From: Sedimentisphaerales bacterium
GTDB lineage: Bacteria; Planctomycetota; Phycisphaerae; Sedimentisphaerales; SM23-30
NCBI GenBank assembly: GCA_963666285.1
Contig: OY762711.1
Length of the DNA stretch: 64,000 nucleotides
Strand: one strand, 5' to 3'
The notes beneath the pieces were generated by a model that worked only from the letters and a program-made list of their open reading frames with translations, was not told the origin of the DNA and did not search any database. Made by a program: the position numbers and the translations under genes. How positions within the stretch are numbered: position 1 is the first letter of the stretch; every line of letters starts with the position of its first letter. Of the stretch, positions 1 to 9,893 are shown one piece after another.

Positions 1-1
1 A

Positions 2-241
2 GAGTTTATTATTCTACTGCCCGGCAGTGACCTGGAAAAGGGCCGCAAGACCGCAGAACGTATCAGGGAATATATCGCGACTATTAAAATCCCGAATGTG
101 GACAGGCCAATTACCGCAAGCCTGGGGGTCTCTCAATATGATCTTGGTATGAACGCTACTGAAATTGTCGCTAAAGCTGATGAGGCTATGTATCAAGCCA
201 AACAAAACGGCAAAAACCAGGTTTGCGTATCTGAAAAATAA
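2..241 (+). CDS. C-terminal part of a GGDEF diguanylate cyclase (runs off window start)
   Basis: Manual frame-2 translation EFIILLPG...ITASLGVSQY...IVAKADEAMYQAKQNGKNQV*, the typical tail of a GGDEF domain; TAA at 239-241. Confidence 0.85.
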   Translation, partial: EFIILLPGSDLEKGRKTAERIREYIATIKIPNVDRPITASLGVSQYDLGMNATEIVAKADEAMYQAKQNGKNQVCVSEK

Positions 242-352
242 AGGATATTCTGGCTTGCTCTTCCAGATTTGAATGATTAATTTTGCGACTTCTGATAGAG
301 ATTCAAGTTTTGGTGTTACCTGTTTTGCGTTTGTTTCTTTACCATCTCAACT

Positions 353-1981
353 CTAATTACTGACAAAGTTGTTTCTTCCATTTTCCTTGGCACAATACAG
401 GTTGCTGTCGGCTTTTTCTATCAGTTCTCGGGTGGTTTCAATATCATCGGTTAGTTCTACTAGACCGCAGCTTATCGATACATTCATACCTGGATATGGC
501 CAGTTTATATTTCCTATTGAATGGTATATTCGTTCCAGGGCAGGTTTTGAGTGTTCTATATTCTGGTCGATAAATACCAGCAGAAATTCATCGCCGCCAT
601 ATCTGCCCAATATATCGGAATCTCGTATCTCTTCTTGAATTGTGGCTACGATAGTTTTAATTACTTCATCACCTGTCTGGTGGCCGAATTTGTCATTAAT
701 CTGTTTGAAATAATCGATATCAATTACCGAAGCGGATAGCTTATTGCCATATCTTTTAGCACGTGATATTTCTGATGTCAGTCTGTCAATAATAGACTTA
801 TGGTTCAAAATACCTGTCATGCTGTCGGTTGTTGCCATGATTTCAAGCTGTTTGGATTTGGCCCTGATGGAATTCAGCAGGTCGTTAAACTGGATGGCCA
901 AATAGCCGATTTCATCTTTACGTTGAATTGAATGTTCAATTTTAAGCTTTTGTGTTTTCTGAATCTTGGCTATTTCTCTTACCATTTTATATAGTGGTTT
1001 AAGGACAATTCTTTGGGTTAATATTCCCATTATGAGAAACAGGCCGAGAAAGATTACTGATATCATTATCAGCAGAGACTCTATAGTTACGATTCCCAGG
1101 GCTGTAATTTTGCCTTCAACTTCTTTGCTGATAATAAATAATGGCTTACCGGTTTGTGTGATATATATTGAAGATATCTGCTCTTTGTTGTCTTTTTGTA
1201 AATATCTGTAATTATACGATTTAAATATTTCACTTCTTTTTTCGACAATGTCGGTTACTCCAGTCAGAGCTTCGTCACCTATCACTTGACTTTCTTCAAA
1301 GGTCATACCTACATTATTTCTGATTTTGTCGAAAAACTTCTCATCAATAAATTTCCCCATCATGAGTGTACCGCGGTATGGTTCCTTGCCGTCTGATGGT
1401 AATATAGGACGAGATAAAACAGCCATATAGCGATCACCAATAAGTGGAAAATTAATGTAAACTTTTCTATCATCATAGCTTTCAGGTATTAATACGCCAG
1501 GGTTGAAATCTTTCTTTCCAGTTATTTCTGGCAGGTTAAGTTCTTTTTTACCCTCCAGGTTATAGCATTTCCCAAAAACTGGTTCGCCTGTTTTGTTATA
1601 GATGTATATCAGGTTGATATTCGTTGAGTAAAAAGAATCTTCGACCAGATTAGACTCGACAAAGTTTTCATTTCTTTCGTTTACGAATGTATATAAGTCG
1701 TCCCAGTTCCCCCAGTCTTTACAGGCCAGGTTCAGATGCATAAGTTCATTTTCAATACTTTTCTGGATCAGGCACAATTCATTTTGAGCCTTCTCATGCT
1801 CCAGATTGGCAAATGCTGGCTCTATAATATATGCGCTGACATACAAAAGCACGAATAGCCCTAAAAATGTTACCGAACAAGCAGTTACAAATAGTTTATA
1901 TTTAATTGAGTTTCTAAATTTTATCATGTAATTTCCATAATTCTTCCCTCTTTTCCTGTAAATATAGATGTTTTTAGCCAT
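353..1981 (-). CDS. Membrane diguanylate cyclase (CHASE4-HAMP-GGDEF)
   Basis: Two TM segments flanking DWGNWDDLYTF (CHASE4-like); HAMP (RKDEIGYLAIQFN); intact GRYGGDEF. Confidence 0.9.
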   Translation of the reverse strand: MAKNIYIYRKRGKNYGNYMIKFRNSIKYKLFVTACSVTFLGLFVLLYVSAYIIEPAFANLEHEKAQNELCLIQKSIENELMHLNLACKDWGNWDDLYTFVNERNENFVESNLVEDSFYSTNINLIYIYNKTGEPVFGKCYNLEGKKELNLPEITGKKDFNPGVLIPESYDDRKVYINFPLIGDRYMAVLSRPILPSDGKEPYRGTLMMGKFIDEKFFDKIRNNVGMTFEESQVIGDEALTGVTDIVEKRSEIFKSYNYRYLQKDNKEQISSIYITQTGKPLFIISKEVEGKITALGIVTIESLLIMISVIFLGLFLIMGILTQRIVLKPLYKMVREIAKIQKTQKLKIEHSIQRKDEIGYLAIQFNDLLNSIRAKSKQLEIMATTDSMTGILNHKSIIDRLTSEISRAKRYGNKLSASVIDIDYFKQINDKFGHQTGDEVIKTIVATIQEEIRDSDILGRYGGDEFLLVFIDQNIEHSKPALERIYHSIGNINWPYPGMNVSISCGLVELTDDIETTRELIEKADSNLYCAKENGRNNFVSN

Positions 1982-2225
1982 TGATTTATCGACCGAATAT
2001 TAAGCAATATTCACTTTGTTTTGTATTTTGAACTATTTACTATAAGATATTGTATTTGATATGTTTAGCTCTAAAATTGTAGCAATTGCATTACGATACA
2101 ATGTTATTTGCCGAAGCCGAAAAAATATAATTTATTTATTTTTTATCGGACATTTGTCGATATATCTGATTGTGTGCAGACTGTTTTATGAAAACTGAAA
2201 ATAATAATTCTGCAGGCGATAATTT

Positions 2226-2675
2226 ATGTTTTACTTTTTGGCACAAACAAATAAATTGTTTAGTAACAATCCTAACCCTTTGAAGCAATGGAGCAAATCT
2301 TTTCAGGATACTGCTAAATTTGATTCTGTTCTGGCTTATAAATTTCTGGGGATTATTGTTGCTATTATTCTTACCTTGATTTTGATAAGAAAAATTCATA
2401 TCAGGCATAATTATCATAAAACTACCCGCGAGTATAAGCTTTTTGAAGATCTGCTGGCCAAGCTAAATTTGACACGAACTGAAAAAAGCACCCTCAGACA
2501 GATGGCTAAGGAAGCAAGGCTCAAACAACCGGCTATGTGCCTGATTACACCGGGACTTATGCAGGTTTCCAAGGACCTCTGGCTGAAAGAAAAGGGCAAA
2601 AAGCTTATCAAAAGCGGGAAGATCCAGGTCCTCAATAATGTGTCACACAAACTTCACGACTACAGTCTTGTTTGA
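2226..2675 (+). CDS. Hypothetical single-TM protein
   Basis: 149 aa ORF, one hydrophobic segment, basic soluble domain. Confidence 0.55.
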   Translation: MFYFLAQTNKLFSNNPNPLKQWSKSFQDTAKFDSVLAYKFLGIIVAIILTLILIRKIHIRHNYHKTTREYKLFEDLLAKLNLTRTEKSTLRQMAKEARLKQPAMCLITPGLMQVSKDLWLKEKGKKLIKSGKIQVLNNVSHKLHDYSLV

Positions 2676-2852
2676 GATATAGAATAAGCTCCTTTTGTTC
2701 ATTTCTTATATAACTGTCTGTTTGACAGTGGTTTCCAGTTACTGATATTTATTTTATTTTGCTGCGCAATATTGTGATATTTTTTGCTTATCTATAATAG
2801 ATACTTGGAAATAATATTTAAATTTCACAAATTTTAACATGGAGTATTTATT

Positions 2853-4448
2853 ATGAGACATGCAGAAGATTTATCATTGACCAGAAATAAATTGAATATT
2901 AAAAATCCGCAGAAGGTGCAGGGTTTTATTAGATTTATATTTTGTATTGCTACCTTACTGCTGATATATACCAAAAGCTCTGCAATATTTGATAAAACTC
3001 TTCAATTTGTTGATGAAATTTTGGTTGACGGCAAAATAAGATTTCAGGCTGTTGAAAGTATCAGGCTTTGGAACGGTATTACCTTTACTATATGTTCTGT
3101 TATCCTGACACTCATCGCTATTATTATAATTATAAATATGATAAGTGCTGTAAGGTCAATGCTTTCGCTCTTTGTGCCTGTTCATGTACCCGGTCCGATA
3201 TCAGAGAAAGATGTATTATCACTTTTCAAGGATAGAACAATTACAACTTATTCAAAGCCTACAAGGTTCATTAATATACTATGTTCGGTATTTAGTGAGA
3301 GATTGAGATTTGTAACCGGCGATGTACACCGACTTATATATATTACGATTTCTTCTTTGAAGTTTTGGCTTATTCTGCTTTCACTGCTGGTAATACCAAA
3401 ATTTATTTCTATCGATAACCCTGATCTGGCATGGATTATAAATAGTATTCCAATGCCTGTTTATCTGATTGGTATTGTCGGTCTTGCTTTTATTGTACGT
3501 TTGTCAGCAATTGTAGCTTCAATTCCATGCAGACCCGATGTTTATGTCTCTGAAAGTAGAAAGCATCAGGACAATACAGGTAATCCTGTAAACTTTCATA
3601 ATTATATCAACCATGTATTGAACGTAATACGCTATAAGAACTTTGAAAATAGAATTATATCTAATGTACCTCCGAGGGTTGGTCGCACGGAACGCGGACA
3701 GACTGACAGCTTTTCCTGCCGACTGCTGGCTGAAACACAGCCGGTACCCATACATAGAGGGTTTGCATTAAATTCCATTATATTATTGATCGGCAGTGCC
3801 ATAATGTGCATTTACGCGATATTTATAATTACTGCCATACCGGAAAAGGTTGTAATTACTGATATTACCGGTTTCAACAGTTTATCTGATAGCCAGAGAG
3901 CGAGATTGATGTTTAACATAATTATCTCTGGTCTGTCAATGGTTTTTGCTTGTTTTATTGCTCTCAAAATTGGCAGCAGTCTTAACTCATGGGGAAAACA
4001 CTTTGCTCATAAGTTCAGATTTGCTAGTAAGTTGTACTGGATAAATGTTAATGGAACTTATAGTGCCAGCAACATTGGTATTGGCGATGGCAGGGGAGGG
4101 CAGTTATATTCTCAACGTGTTGTTATGCAGGGTGATTCTTATATAACATTGTATGCTACCAGGATTATTACTGAATGTCATTCTCTTGATGAGCCCAGAG
4201 TTATGCTGACAACAAAACTATCAGTGGATTTTGAAAGAGAATTGGAGTATCTTTTGAATGAAATCGAAAATTATGATGATGCCGGTAAACTTGCCGGAAT
4301 TCAGCCTGACGATAAAAATATTCATAATATTATGGCTGCAAATAATATGATAAACCAGGCAAATGCGGCAGCGATGAAGCTTAACGGCTTTAATGTTGAA
4401 AGCAATGGATTGCAGTATTTGAATACGAATGAGAATTGCCAAAATTAA
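2853..4448 (+). CDS. Hypothetical multi-pass membrane protein
   Basis: 531 aa ORF, GGAG RBS upstream, about six hydrophobic segments; no family recognised. Confidence 0.7.
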   Translation: MRHAEDLSLTRNKLNIKNPQKVQGFIRFIFCIATLLLIYTKSSAIFDKTLQFVDEILVDGKIRFQAVESIRLWNGITFTICSVILTLIAIIIIINMISAVRSMLSLFVPVHVPGPISEKDVLSLFKDRTITTYSKPTRFINILCSVFSERLRFVTGDVHRLIYITISSLKFWLILLSLLVIPKFISIDNPDLAWIINSIPMPVYLIGIVGLAFIVRLSAIVASIPCRPDVYVSESRKHQDNTGNPVNFHNYINHVLNVIRYKNFENRIISNVPPRVGRTERGQTDSFSCRLLAETQPVPIHRGFALNSIILLIGSAIMCIYAIFIITAIPEKVVITDITGFNSLSDSQRARLMFNIIISGLSMVFACFIALKIGSSLNSWGKHFAHKFRFASKLYWINVNGTYSASNIGIGDGRGGQLYSQRVVMQGDSYITLYATRIITECHSLDEPRVMLTTKLSVDFERELEYLLNEIENYDDAGKLAGIQPDDKNIHNIMAANNMINQANAAAMKLNGFNVESNGLQYLNTNENCQN

Positions 4449-4599
4449 ACTGCTCTAATATTCAACTTTCGCAGCTTTTAATTTACAAGGCTCTGTTCCG
4501 GACTTTGCGTGTAATGCGGAACAGTCAAAAGTGTGATACCGCACATTTGACGTTCTGTACAACTGAGAAAAAAACAAAACAGCAGAACAAGAAGGATAG

Positions 4600-5754
4600 A
4601 TGAAACTGAATAATAAGTTAAATATATTGGTTTTAGAAGCTTACGATGGCGGCAGTCATGGCGGCTTTCTGGATGGATTGATCAGTTGCAGTAAACATAA
4701 TTATGTTCGCCTCTCACTGCCTGCCAGGAAGTGGAAATGGCGGATGAGAGGCTCTGCTATCTGGTACGCCCGCAAATTACACAATATCTGGCCTGTCAAT
4801 GCCGGGTTTGCTCCGGATGGTGTCGACCTGATTTTTACTTCTGATATGACAAGTGTTGCCGATCTGAAGGCTTTGCTTCCTGTTAAGCTTAGATGTGTTC
4901 CGGTGGTATGCTATTTCCATGAAAATCAGCTCACCTATCCGCTCTCCGAACATGATGAAATTGACTATCAGTATGGATTTACCAACATAACATCAGCTTT
5001 ATCAGCTGATGCCGTTTGGTTCAATTCTGAATATAATCGTATGTCTTTCCTGGATGCTGCTGATGAACTTCTCAGGAAGATGCCTGATTTTGTACCGGAA
5101 GGTATCGCAGACGACTTAAGAAACAGCAGTATTATCATGCCGCCAGGTTTGAACCCTGGTGTTTTTATGGTTAATCGATCTGAAAGACAGTTTAATTGTC
5201 CGGTTATTTTGTGGAACCACAGGTGGGAATTCGACAAACAGCCGGAAGTTTTTTTCGAGACCCTTTACAATCTTGATGATGATGGTGTTGATTTTCGGTT
5301 AATCGTTGCCGGTGAATCATTTAGGACATGGCCGCCGGTCTTCGATGATGCTATGGAAAGACTATCAGAGAAGATTATTCACTTTGGTTATGCTGAAACC
5401 AGCCGCCGCTATTATGAACTTCTCGCCATGAGTGATATTGTAATATCGACTGCAATTCACGAGTTTTTTGGCTTAAGCGTAATGGAAGCTGTTGCTGCCG
5501 GTTGTTATCCATTACTGCCAAACAGGTTAAGTTATCCATATCTCATTCCCCAAAAATGTCACAATCAATGTATATATGATAGCGATCATGATTTGCTGGA
5601 CAAACTGAAGACCTTAATTACTTCAAAGGGCTATGAAACTAATAGTGATTTATCATTGCTGTCTAACACAACTTTTGAACTGAATTGGGATAAGCTGGTT
5701 GATAAATATGACTTGGAATTCACCAAAATACTGACAGGTGCTAATGAGGCTTGA
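4600..5754 (+). CDS. DUF3524/GT-B glycosyltransferase (GTDC1-like)
   Basis: GGSH, LPARKWKWRMRGSA, YFHENQLTYP, WNHRWEFDK and HEFFGLSVMEA motifs. Confidence 0.85.
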   Translation: MKLNNKLNILVLEAYDGGSHGGFLDGLISCSKHNYVRLSLPARKWKWRMRGSAIWYARKLHNIWPVNAGFAPDGVDLIFTSDMTSVADLKALLPVKLRCVPVVCYFHENQLTYPLSEHDEIDYQYGFTNITSALSADAVWFNSEYNRMSFLDAADELLRKMPDFVPEGIADDLRNSSIIMPPGLNPGVFMVNRSERQFNCPVILWNHRWEFDKQPEVFFETLYNLDDDGVDFRLIVAGESFRTWPPVFDDAMERLSEKIIHFGYAETSRRYYELLAMSDIVISTAIHEFFGLSVMEAVAAGCYPLLPNRLSYPYLIPQKCHNQCIYDSDHDLLDKLKTLITSKGYETNSDLSLLSNTTFELNWDKLVDKYDLEFTKILTGANEA

Positions 5755-5801
5755 TTTATCCAATAGCTTGACAGCGTAGAATAATGTGCAATTGTGAATG
5801 A

Positions 5802-5838
5802 AAAGTTCGAAATTAGCGTTACGATAATTTCGAACTTT
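5802..5838. terminator. Hairpin between convergent genes, probable terminator
   Basis: AAAGTTCGAAATTA-GCGTTACGA-TAATTTCGAACTTT inverted repeat. Confidence 0.55.
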
Positions 5839-5872
5839 GGATATAGAAAACAGAAATGTAATTATTTGTGGT

Positions 5873-6754
5873 TTATAGTGATAGATCTATTTCCAATTGT
5901 TTAATTTCATCTTCACACGCTGGTTGAAGAGGCATTCTTGGCGGACCTACCGGGTGACCTTTTATTGCACAGCCGGCCTTTACATATTGAGTATATTTGC
6001 CGCTGTTTTCGATTGCTGCCAGTGCCGGCAGAATCTTATACAGATATTCTCTGGCCGAAGAATAGTCCTTTTGCAATACACAAAGATTGTATAGCTCTAC
6101 ATGTTCTTTAGGCAGGACATTAGCTATGCCGCCAACCCAGCCGATTACACCCAGTGCAAATAATTCCAATGCAACACAGTCACCGCCGGCAAAAACAGCT
6201 ATGCTGTCTCCGCAGCGGCTTATAATTTCACTTACTCGGGTGGAATCACCGGTGCTTTCTTTGATGTATTTGACATTTTTAAGTTGTGCCAGAGCTTCAA
6301 CCTGTTCCGGCGTAATGTCAACTCCTGCACGTGCCGGGTAATTATAGAGCATTATCGGGATATCTATGGAGTCATTGACAGCCTCAAAATGTTTAAATAA
6401 TTCCGGGGGAGTTGGCAGAGAATAATATGGCGGGGCAATCAGCAAACCGTCTGCTCCGGCCTTTTCGGCTTGTTGGGAATATTCTATTACCTTTTTAGTT
6501 GAAGACGCGTTGGTACCTGCCAAAACCGGCACTCTGCCGGCAACAGCGTCAATAGTTACCCGCAAAACCTCGCTGCGCTCATGGTCTGTAAGGGCATAAA
6601 ATTCTCCGGTACTGCCTAGCGGGATAATCCCGTGAACTCCTTCTTTAATGAGGTAGTCAGCAAATTCGCCCAGTTTATCGTAATTAATCTCCTGGTTATC
6701 GTCCATAGGCGTTATCATTGCGACATAAACGCCTGTAAAATTACTTTTAGTCAT
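5873..6754 (-). CDS. DapA-family enzyme, probable 1-pyrroline-4-hydroxy-2-carboxylate deaminase (LhpC-like)
   Basis: GSTGEF, YNYP and YIKEST Schiff-base motifs; last gene of the hydroxyproline operon. Confidence 0.75.
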   Translation of the reverse strand: MTKSNFTGVYVAMITPMDDNQEINYDKLGEFADYLIKEGVHGIIPLGSTGEFYALTDHERSEVLRVTIDAVAGRVPVLAGTNASSTKKVIEYSQQAEKAGADGLLIAPPYYSLPTPPELFKHFEAVNDSIDIPIMLYNYPARAGVDITPEQVEALAQLKNVKYIKESTGDSTRVSEIISRCGDSIAVFAGGDCVALELFALGVIGWVGGIANVLPKEHVELYNLCVLQKDYSSAREYLYKILPALAAIENSGKYTQYVKAGCAIKGHPVGPPRMPLQPACEDEIKQLEIDLSL

Positions 6755-6844
6755 AAAGTGAACATCCTTTATTATTTATGGTTTCAAAAACGCTCTAGTG
6801 TGTGTCAGGCTATCATATTAGTGATAGCCGACAGGTAAAGATTG

Positions 6845-8341
6845 CTAGAAGCTCATCCATATGGTTTTCATTTCTGTGTATTGTTCGTGGGCGTAAATGG
6901 ATTTATCGCGACCGAAGAAGCCGGATTGTTTGTAGCCGCCAAATGGTGTGCCCATGTCGCCCTCGGCAAAGCAGTTTACTGAGACATTACCGGCTCTTAG
7001 TGCTTTAGCTATCCTGTGAGCTGAGTTCAGGTTAGTTGTGTAAACTGAACCAGCCAGTCCATATTCTGTATCATTTGCTACTGCAATAGCTTCCTGTTCA
7101 TCCTTTACTGAGATGACAGATAGTACCGGGCCGAATATCTCTTCAGCGGCGATTTTCATGTCATTTTTGACATTGTCAAAGATAGTAGGTTCGATGAAAT
7201 AACCGCCGCTTTCTTCGTGAATCCTATTACCGCCAAGTACGAGTTTGGCTTTTTCTGCCTTTCCGGCTTCAATGTACCCCAGCACCTTCTCCATATGAGG
7301 TTTTTCGATCATTGCCCCCAGAAGATTGTCAGGGTCCAGCGGATCGCCGGTTTTCCAGGTTGATGCCTTGGCTATGATTTTTTCCAGAACTGCATCTTTG
7401 ACCGATTCTTCGACAATAAGCCTGGAGCCGCAACTGCAATTCTCGCCCATATTCCAAAACGCGGCACTTACAGCGTTTTCGGCAACAATATCAAGATCTG
7501 CGTCTGCCATTACGATTTGAGGGCTCTTGCCGCCGCATTCGAGAATAATGCGTTTTAGATTAGATTGGCTGGCATAGTTTAGGAAGTATCTGCCTACTTC
7601 AGTCGAACCGGTGAAAGCTACCATATTGACATCCATATGCATACCTATTGCTTTACCAGCTGTTTCACCGTAACCAGGGACAACGTTAAATACTCCGTCC
7701 GGCATTCCGGCCTCTGCTGCCAGCTTTGCCATTAATAAAGCGCTTAGTGAAGTCAGCTCCGCTGGCTTTAATACCACACTGTTTCCGGTTGCTAATATCG
7801 GGCCGAGTTTCCAGGCTGCCATTTGGGCCGGAAAGTTCCATGGGATAACTGCCCCTACTACTCCCACCGGTTCACGAACTATAATGCCGAGATTATCCGG
7901 TCCGGTTGGTGAGATACTGTCATATAGCTTGTCGGCAGCTTCGGCATGCCAGCGTATGCATGCTATTGTTTCGGGAGCATCTATCTGCTCGCAGTCGCTA
8001 ATGGGCTTACCAGCTTCCAGGCAATCTAATAATGCCAGTTCCTGCTGGTGTTTTTCCATGAGGTCGCAGAATTTCAGCATGATTGCTTTACGTTCAGAAG
8101 GTGCCATTCCTGACCATACTCCCTTTTCAAAAGATAATTTAGCGGCTTTAACAGCCTTATCGACATCTTTGACATCACATTCTGCTATTTGAGCCAGCTC
8201 TTTGCCTGTTGCTGGGTTTTCTGTTGCAAACGTCTTTCCGCTGGCTGCTTTTACAAAGCTTCCATCAATAAATGCGTCAGTTTCAAAATGTAATTCTTTG
8301 GCAGCTTTAACATATTCGTCTTTTGTTAATAAGTCGCTCAT
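6845..8341 (-). CDS. NAD(P)-dependent aldehyde dehydrogenase (PuuC-like; candidate 2,5-dioxopentanoate dehydrogenase)
   Basis: PWNFP, FTGSTEVG, LECGGKSP, ENCSCGSR, EEIFGP; likely start MSDLL. Confidence 0.85.
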   Translation of the reverse strand: MSDLLTKDEYVKAAKELHFETDAFIDGSFVKAASGKTFATENPATGKELAQIAECDVKDVDKAVKAAKLSFEKGVWSGMAPSERKAIMLKFCDLMEKHQQELALLDCLEAGKPISDCEQIDAPETIACIRWHAEAADKLYDSISPTGPDNLGIIVREPVGVVGAVIPWNFPAQMAAWKLGPILATGNSVVLKPAELTSLSALLMAKLAAEAGMPDGVFNVVPGYGETAGKAIGMHMDVNMVAFTGSTEVGRYFLNYASQSNLKRIILECGGKSPQIVMADADLDIVAENAVSAAFWNMGENCSCGSRLIVEESVKDAVLEKIIAKASTWKTGDPLDPDNLLGAMIEKPHMEKVLGYIEAGKAEKAKLVLGGNRIHEESGGYFIEPTIFDNVKNDMKIAAEEIFGPVLSVISVKDEQEAIAVANDTEYGLAGSVYTTNLNSAHRIAKALRAGNVSVNCFAEGDMGTPFGGYKQSGFFGRDKSIYAHEQYTEMKTIWMSF

Positions 8342-8352
8342 AATAATTCCTT

Positions 8353-9654
8353 TCAATATAGTTCTGTCGATGCTTTATCGCAGCAGGTTTCGCTATATCC
8401 GGCCAGAGATTCGACTCTGACTGGAAATATGGGGGCGCGGTTAGTTGTTTTCTCCCATCCAAAAAGGTATCGTACTGCACCGCTGCATGTTCTGCCCTGG
8501 CATGGCCCCATACCCAAATGGCTATATAGTTTAGCTTCACGCCATAATGTATTGTTTTTTATATCTTTATATGCGGCATCTTCACAGCGGCATATAATTG
8601 TATCTGGTCGTACCAGTTCTTTTAGCTCATTCCTTAACGCGAAATGAAAATCCAGTGCCTTGCCAAATAGAATCGTTTTTGTTTTTTTCTTTTGGTAACG
8701 TTTGGCTGATTTATGGTTTCCGGTGCACGCATATCCGGCAATTAATCCTTCAACTAATGCACCATCAACTCCGGAGATACCAGTTGGCTCACCTGCACAG
8801 TATATGTTTTCCACAGATGTTTTGCCGGTATTGTCAGTAACAACCTTTTCCTGTTGTATTTCGCAACCCAGCAACTCAGGTAATTCCAGATTTGAACATA
8901 AGCCAAAGGCTGATGCCAGATAGTTGCAAGGCTCTGTCCAGGTTTTAGTACCGTTTGTGAGAGTAACGCTTTCGATTTTGTCTATGCCGTTAGCTTCTAT
9001 GGGCCAGCAATGGGTCTTGTACGGTATGCCCAGTAGGATAGATTGATATATAGCAGCCTGAACGATCTTCGATGGAGCCAGTTTTGGCAGTTTTATCCCG
9101 AATTTGATCAGGTTCGGCAAGTCGGCCTGTTCTGCAATCAACTTAACTTTTGCGCCGTGCAGCCTTAGGTGTGCAGCCGCGGCAAACAGCAGGGGACCGC
9201 TGCCGGCAAGTACGACCTTTTTATTTTTGACGTCCATGCCCAGTTTTGCCAGATTGTGCATCCCGCCTATCCCAAATACGCCGGGCAGTGTCCAGCCGGG
9301 AAATGGTACAAATATTTCCCTGGCACCGACCGCCAGAATCAGTTTTGAATATTTGACCTGCAATACATTATCTGGAGTTTCTACTAGAATTGTGTCCATA
9401 CCAGATGCGGCAAATACTGCAGCTTGGGTATAAATCTTAACTTTCGAGTTTTCAATTCTTCGCACCCATCCCCCACCCCCCATAGGTTGTTGATTTTGTT
9501 CGGCTGATTTCCAGATTTGTCCGCCTAAATTATTTGTAAGTTCGAAGAGTCCGACCGAGCAGCCAGACTCAGCAGCTGTGCATGCGGCAGCTATACCGGC
9601 TGGGCCACCGCCAACGATAACAACGTCATAATGCAATTTTTTACTATCTGTCAT
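8353..9654 (-). CDS. D-hydroxyproline dehydrogenase FAD subunit with C-terminal Cys cluster (LhpF/HcnB/OoxA-like)
   Basis: GGGPAG, PFPGWTLPGV, ICRCED, GMGPCQGRTC. Confidence 0.8.
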   Translation of the reverse strand: MTDSKKLHYDVVIVGGGPAGIAAACTAAESGCSVGLFELTNNLGGQIWKSAEQNQQPMGGGGWVRRIENSKVKIYTQAAVFAASGMDTILVETPDNVLQVKYSKLILAVGAREIFVPFPGWTLPGVFGIGGMHNLAKLGMDVKNKKVVLAGSGPLLFAAAAHLRLHGAKVKLIAEQADLPNLIKFGIKLPKLAPSKIVQAAIYQSILLGIPYKTHCWPIEANGIDKIESVTLTNGTKTWTEPCNYLASAFGLCSNLELPELLGCEIQQEKVVTDNTGKTSVENIYCAGEPTGISGVDGALVEGLIAGYACTGNHKSAKRYQKKKTKTILFGKALDFHFALRNELKELVRPDTIICRCEDAAYKDIKNNTLWREAKLYSHLGMGPCQGRTCSGAVRYLFGWEKTTNRAPIFPVRVESLAGYSETCCDKASTELY

Positions 9655-9893
9655 CTGGTTTCAACTTTCATACCTGATTTACATTTTGTCTGACAGCTGC
9701 GACAGTGCTGATTTCCATTAACGGTAACTGTACATTCAAAGCAGGTTCCCATGCCGCAAAGCGGACCTCTTGGGCTGCCGTCTGGCGATTTGTGAAATTC
9801 TGTTATCCCGGCTTTGGCTAATACTGAAGATAATATTTCACCTTCGCGGACGCTATGCTCATTTCCATTAATGTATATTGTTATCATATCAGC
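9651..9893 (-). CDS. 2Fe-2S subunit (LhpE/HcnA-like)
   Basis: CGMGTCFEC...RSCQT; overlaps neighbouring genes; start uncertain. Confidence 0.8.
   Translation of the reverse strand, partial: ADMITIYINGNEHSVREGEILSSVLAKAGITEFHKSPDGSPRGPLCGMGTCFECTVTVNGNQHCRSCQTKCKSGMKVETR

Noticed and set aside
4490..4560. c-di-GMP-I riboswitch near the diguanylate cyclases
   Set aside because: ACGCAAAG occurs on the minus strand, but the GNRA tetraloop/receptor architecture could not be built
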